Origin: Gemmata obscuriglobus
GTDB taxonomy: Bacteria; Planctomycetota; Planctomycetia; Gemmatales; Gemmataceae
Direction: 5' to 3'
Length of the DNA stretch: 32,000 bases
Assembly: GCF_008065095.1 (NCBI RefSeq)
Contig: NZ_CP042911.1
Span: 7,740,001-7,772,000 of the forward strand
The notes beneath the pieces were generated by a model that made no database searches, was not told the DNA's origin, and was given only the letters and a program-made list of their open reading frames with translations. Below, piece after piece: positions 30,145 to 32,000 of this stretch (position 1 is the stretch's first letter; every line of letters starts with the position of its first letter). The position numbers were made by a program, and so were the translations under genes.

Positions 30145-31655
30145 TACGCGGTCCCCCCGGTCGCGAGTCGCATCACCGCTTCTTCGGTCACCCGCGGGCC
30201 GAGCAGTTCGCCGGCCACGCGGCCCTCGTGCATCACCACCACGCGGTCGGACATGCCGAGCAGCTCTTCCATGTCGCTGGTGATCATCCACACCGCGACG
30301 CCCCGGCCCGCCAGCTCGTCGATGAGGGCGTAGATCTCGGCCTTCGCGCCAACGTCCACGCCGCGGGTCGGCTCGTCGAGGATCAGCACCCGCGGCCCGC
30401 GCGCGAGCCACTTCCCGTACACCACTTTCTGCTGGTTCCCGCCGGACAGGAGCCCGACCGGCTGGGCCGCGCGGGGCGTCTTCACCCGGAGCCGGTCGAT
30501 CCAGGTGCGGTGTAGCTCGGCCTCGGCGCGGCGGTTCACCCCGAGCGGCGAGCCGAGCCGGTCCAGGTTCGGGAGGCTCAGGTTGAAGCCCACGCCCTCG
30601 GCCAGCACCAGCCCGTGCAGCCGGCGGTCCTCGGGCACCAGCAGCACGCCGCTCGCGATCGCGTCCCGCGGCGAGCCGATGCGCGCCGGTTCGCCGTTAA
30701 GGAGCAGCTCGCCCGCGGTGAGCTGTCGGACGCCGAAGACCGCCTCCGACAGCTCGGTGCGGCCCGCGCCCACGAGCCCGGCCATGCCCAGGATCTCGCC
30801 GGCCCGGACCTCGAAGCTCGCGGGCGTGGCCGGGCCGTTCCGGTACCGCACGCCGCGGACGCTCAGCACCGGCGCGCCCCCGGCCCCGGTGCGGTGCGTT
30901 TTCGGGTAGAACTGCTTCAGGTCGCGGCCCACCATCAGCCGCACCAGGTTGTCGTGCGTGATCTCGCCCCGCGCGAGTTCGCCCGCGTTCTGCCCGTCGC
31001 GCAGCACAACGGCCCGGTCCGCGACCCGCCTCACCTCCGCGAGCCGGTGCGAGATGTACAGGACCGACACGCCGGCCGCCTTCAGCGCGTCGATGACCCG
31101 GTAGAGCTGCTCGGTTTCCTTCTGCGTGAGGCTCGACGTGGGCTCGTCCATGATGAGGACGCGGACGTCGGTGCCGAGCGCGCGGGCGATCTCGACGAGC
31201 TGCTTCTCGCCGGGCGGCAGGCTCTCGACGCGGGCCTGGGCGCGGTTCGCGGGGAGCCCCACGCGGTCGAGCAGCCCCGCGGCGCGGGCCGTCATGGCGG
31301 CCCGGTCGAGCACCCGGAGCGCGCCGCCCCGGGTGACCTCGCGGCCGAGGAACAGGTTGTCGACGACCGTGAGGTTCTCCGCCAGGTTCAGCTCCTGGTG
31401 GATCAGGCTCACCCCGGCCGCGATCGCGTCGGCCGGCCCGCGGAACTGGACCGGCCGGCCGTCGAGCTGCACCGCGCCCGCGTCCGGGGTGTACACGCCC
31501 GCGACGATCTTCATGAGCGTCGACTTGCCGGCGCCGTTCTCGCCCACGACGGCCAGCACCTCGCCCGGCGCGAGGGTGAGCGACACCCCGCCGAGCGCCA
31601 GCACGCCGGGGAACTGCTTGCGCGCGTTGGTGACCTGGAGCCGAGGGTGGGACAT
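30144..31655 (-). CDS. Sugar ABC transporter ATP-binding protein with two fused ATPase domains (RbsA/MglA-type)
   Basis: Walker A GENGAGKST and Walker B LIMDEPTSSL in domain 1. LSGGNQQKV signature and LILDEPTRGVD in domain 2. 503 aa. Confidence 0.9.
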   Translation of the reverse strand: MSHPRLQVTNARKQFPGVLALGGVSLTLAPGEVLAVVGENGAGKSTLMKIVAGVYTPDAGAVQLDGRPVQFRGPADAIAAGVSLIHQELNLAENLTVVDNLFLGREVTRGGALRVLDRAAMTARAAGLLDRVGLPANRAQARVESLPPGEKQLVEIARALGTDVRVLIMDEPTSSLTQKETEQLYRVIDALKAAGVSVLYISHRLAEVRRVADRAVVLRDGQNAGELARGEITHDNLVRLMVGRDLKQFYPKTHRTGAGGAPVLSVRGVRYRNGPATPASFEVRAGEILGMAGLVGAGRTELSEAVFGVRQLTAGELLLNGEPARIGSPRDAIASGVLLVPEDRRLHGLVLAEGVGFNLSLPNLDRLGSPLGVNRRAEAELHRTWIDRLRVKTPRAAQPVGLLSGGNQQKVVYGKWLARGPRVLILDEPTRGVDVGAKAEIYALIDELAGRGVAVWMITSDMEELLGMSDRVVVMHEGRVAGELLGPRVTEEAVMRLATGGTA

Positions 31656-31676
31656 GGGGGAGGGAGCTCAGGGCCG

Positions 31677-31728
31677 GGCGCGCGACGGTTCGCCCGGCCC
31701 GGGCCGGCCGGGCGAACCGTCGCGCGCC
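31677..31728 (-). promoter_or_regulatory. Perfect 23-bp-stem hairpin in the 86-nt gap between the binding-protein gene and the ATPase gene
   Basis: GGCGCGCGACGGTTCGCCCGGCC cgggcc GGCCGGGCGAACCGTCGCGCGCC. Confidence 0.85.
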
Positions 31729-31741
31729 GTGTGTCTGTGGG

Positions 31742-32000
31742 TCACTTCTTCTGGGCGGCGCCGATCTTGGCCCGCAGGTCCGCCTGGAACTTCGCCGCCT
31801 CGACCGCCTCGCCGCCGAGCGCCGGGTCCGGCTTGCCGTCCTTCGTCACGACCCGGTACGGGATGGGCTTCACGTCAAAGTTCTTGGTCGCCAGCGCCTT
31901 CACGGACTCGTAACCGTAGGCGAACGGGTCCTGCACCACGGTGGCCTCGATCTCGCCGGCCTCGATGCCCCGGAGCGTGTCCCACTTCTCGTCGAAGCCG
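31742..32000 (-). CDS. 3' end of a periplasmic sugar-binding protein gene (RbsB-like); the start lies beyond the window
   Basis: The frame is open to the window edge. ..[36 protein letters not shown].. resembles the C-terminal lobe of type-I periplasmic binding proteins, and the position upstream of the ATPase and permease fits. Confidence 0.7.
   Translation of the reverse strand, partial: GFDEKWDTLRGIEAGEIEATVVQDPFAYGYESVKALATKNFDVKPIPYRVVTKDGKPDPALGGEAVEAAKFQADLRAKIGAAQKK

Noticed and set aside
1-32000. Scan for tRNA, rRNA, tmRNA and CRISPR arrays, and for integrase/prophage or toxin-antitoxin pairs
   Set aside because: I could find no GGTTCGAATCC-type T-loops with matching acceptor stems, no rRNA-like conserved blocks, no regularly spaced 25-40-nt direct repeats with unique spacers, and no recombinase genes. 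Absence is based on reading by eye and should be confirmed with tRNAscan-SE, Infernal and a CRISPR finder.

Overview
GC-rich (roughly two-thirds G+C by eye) bacterial chromosomal window with about 28 supportable protein-coding genes. I found no rRNA, tRNA or CRISPR array. The gene repertoire suggests Planctomycetota, Gemmata-like, but this is inference only. It rests on a DUF1080 hydrolase, two Tat-signal Gfo/Idh/MocA oxidoreductases, an FG-GAP/VCBS protein with an N-terminal LEDRSVPA motif, a DUF255 thioredoxin-domain protein, a prenyltransferase-like protein, an Rpn/DUF4351 nuclease, and very long antisense shadow ORFs. Most genes look like housekeeping or periplasmic metabolism: GT87-like glycosyltransferase, NDH-2, SRAP peptidase, ABM monooxygenase, DMFase-like protein, gamma-glutamylcyclotransferase, Fe-ADH, Mog, a DSD1/D-threonine-aldolase-type PLP enzyme and a ribose-type sugar ABC operon. 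I do not see a recognisable defence island, prophage, integron or biosynthetic cluster. The unusual content is mostly non-genic. (1) A ~375-bp inverted repeat pair (796-1175 / 22815-23185) brackets 21.6 kb. It gives the same upstream leader, a covarying 27-bp hairpin, an ATCCTGT heptamer array and the first 18 codons to two unrelated genes. (2) The whole Fe-ADH/mog intergenic region is a perfect 36-bp inverted repeat abutting both start codons. (3) Several intergenic elements are long palindromes, and in three of them each arm is itself a hairpin. (4) An orphan two-gene operon (4455-8119) encodes a membrane protein with ten RLEVAPPPR-type repeats and a 675-aa secreted Ala-rich protein. (5) Two long, lower-GC intergenic regions share short exact blocks in opposite orientation. 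(6) An Rpn-like PD-(D/E)XK nuclease gene starts 7 nt after the ABC permease stop. All functional readings are hypotheses, and none could be checked against databases here.
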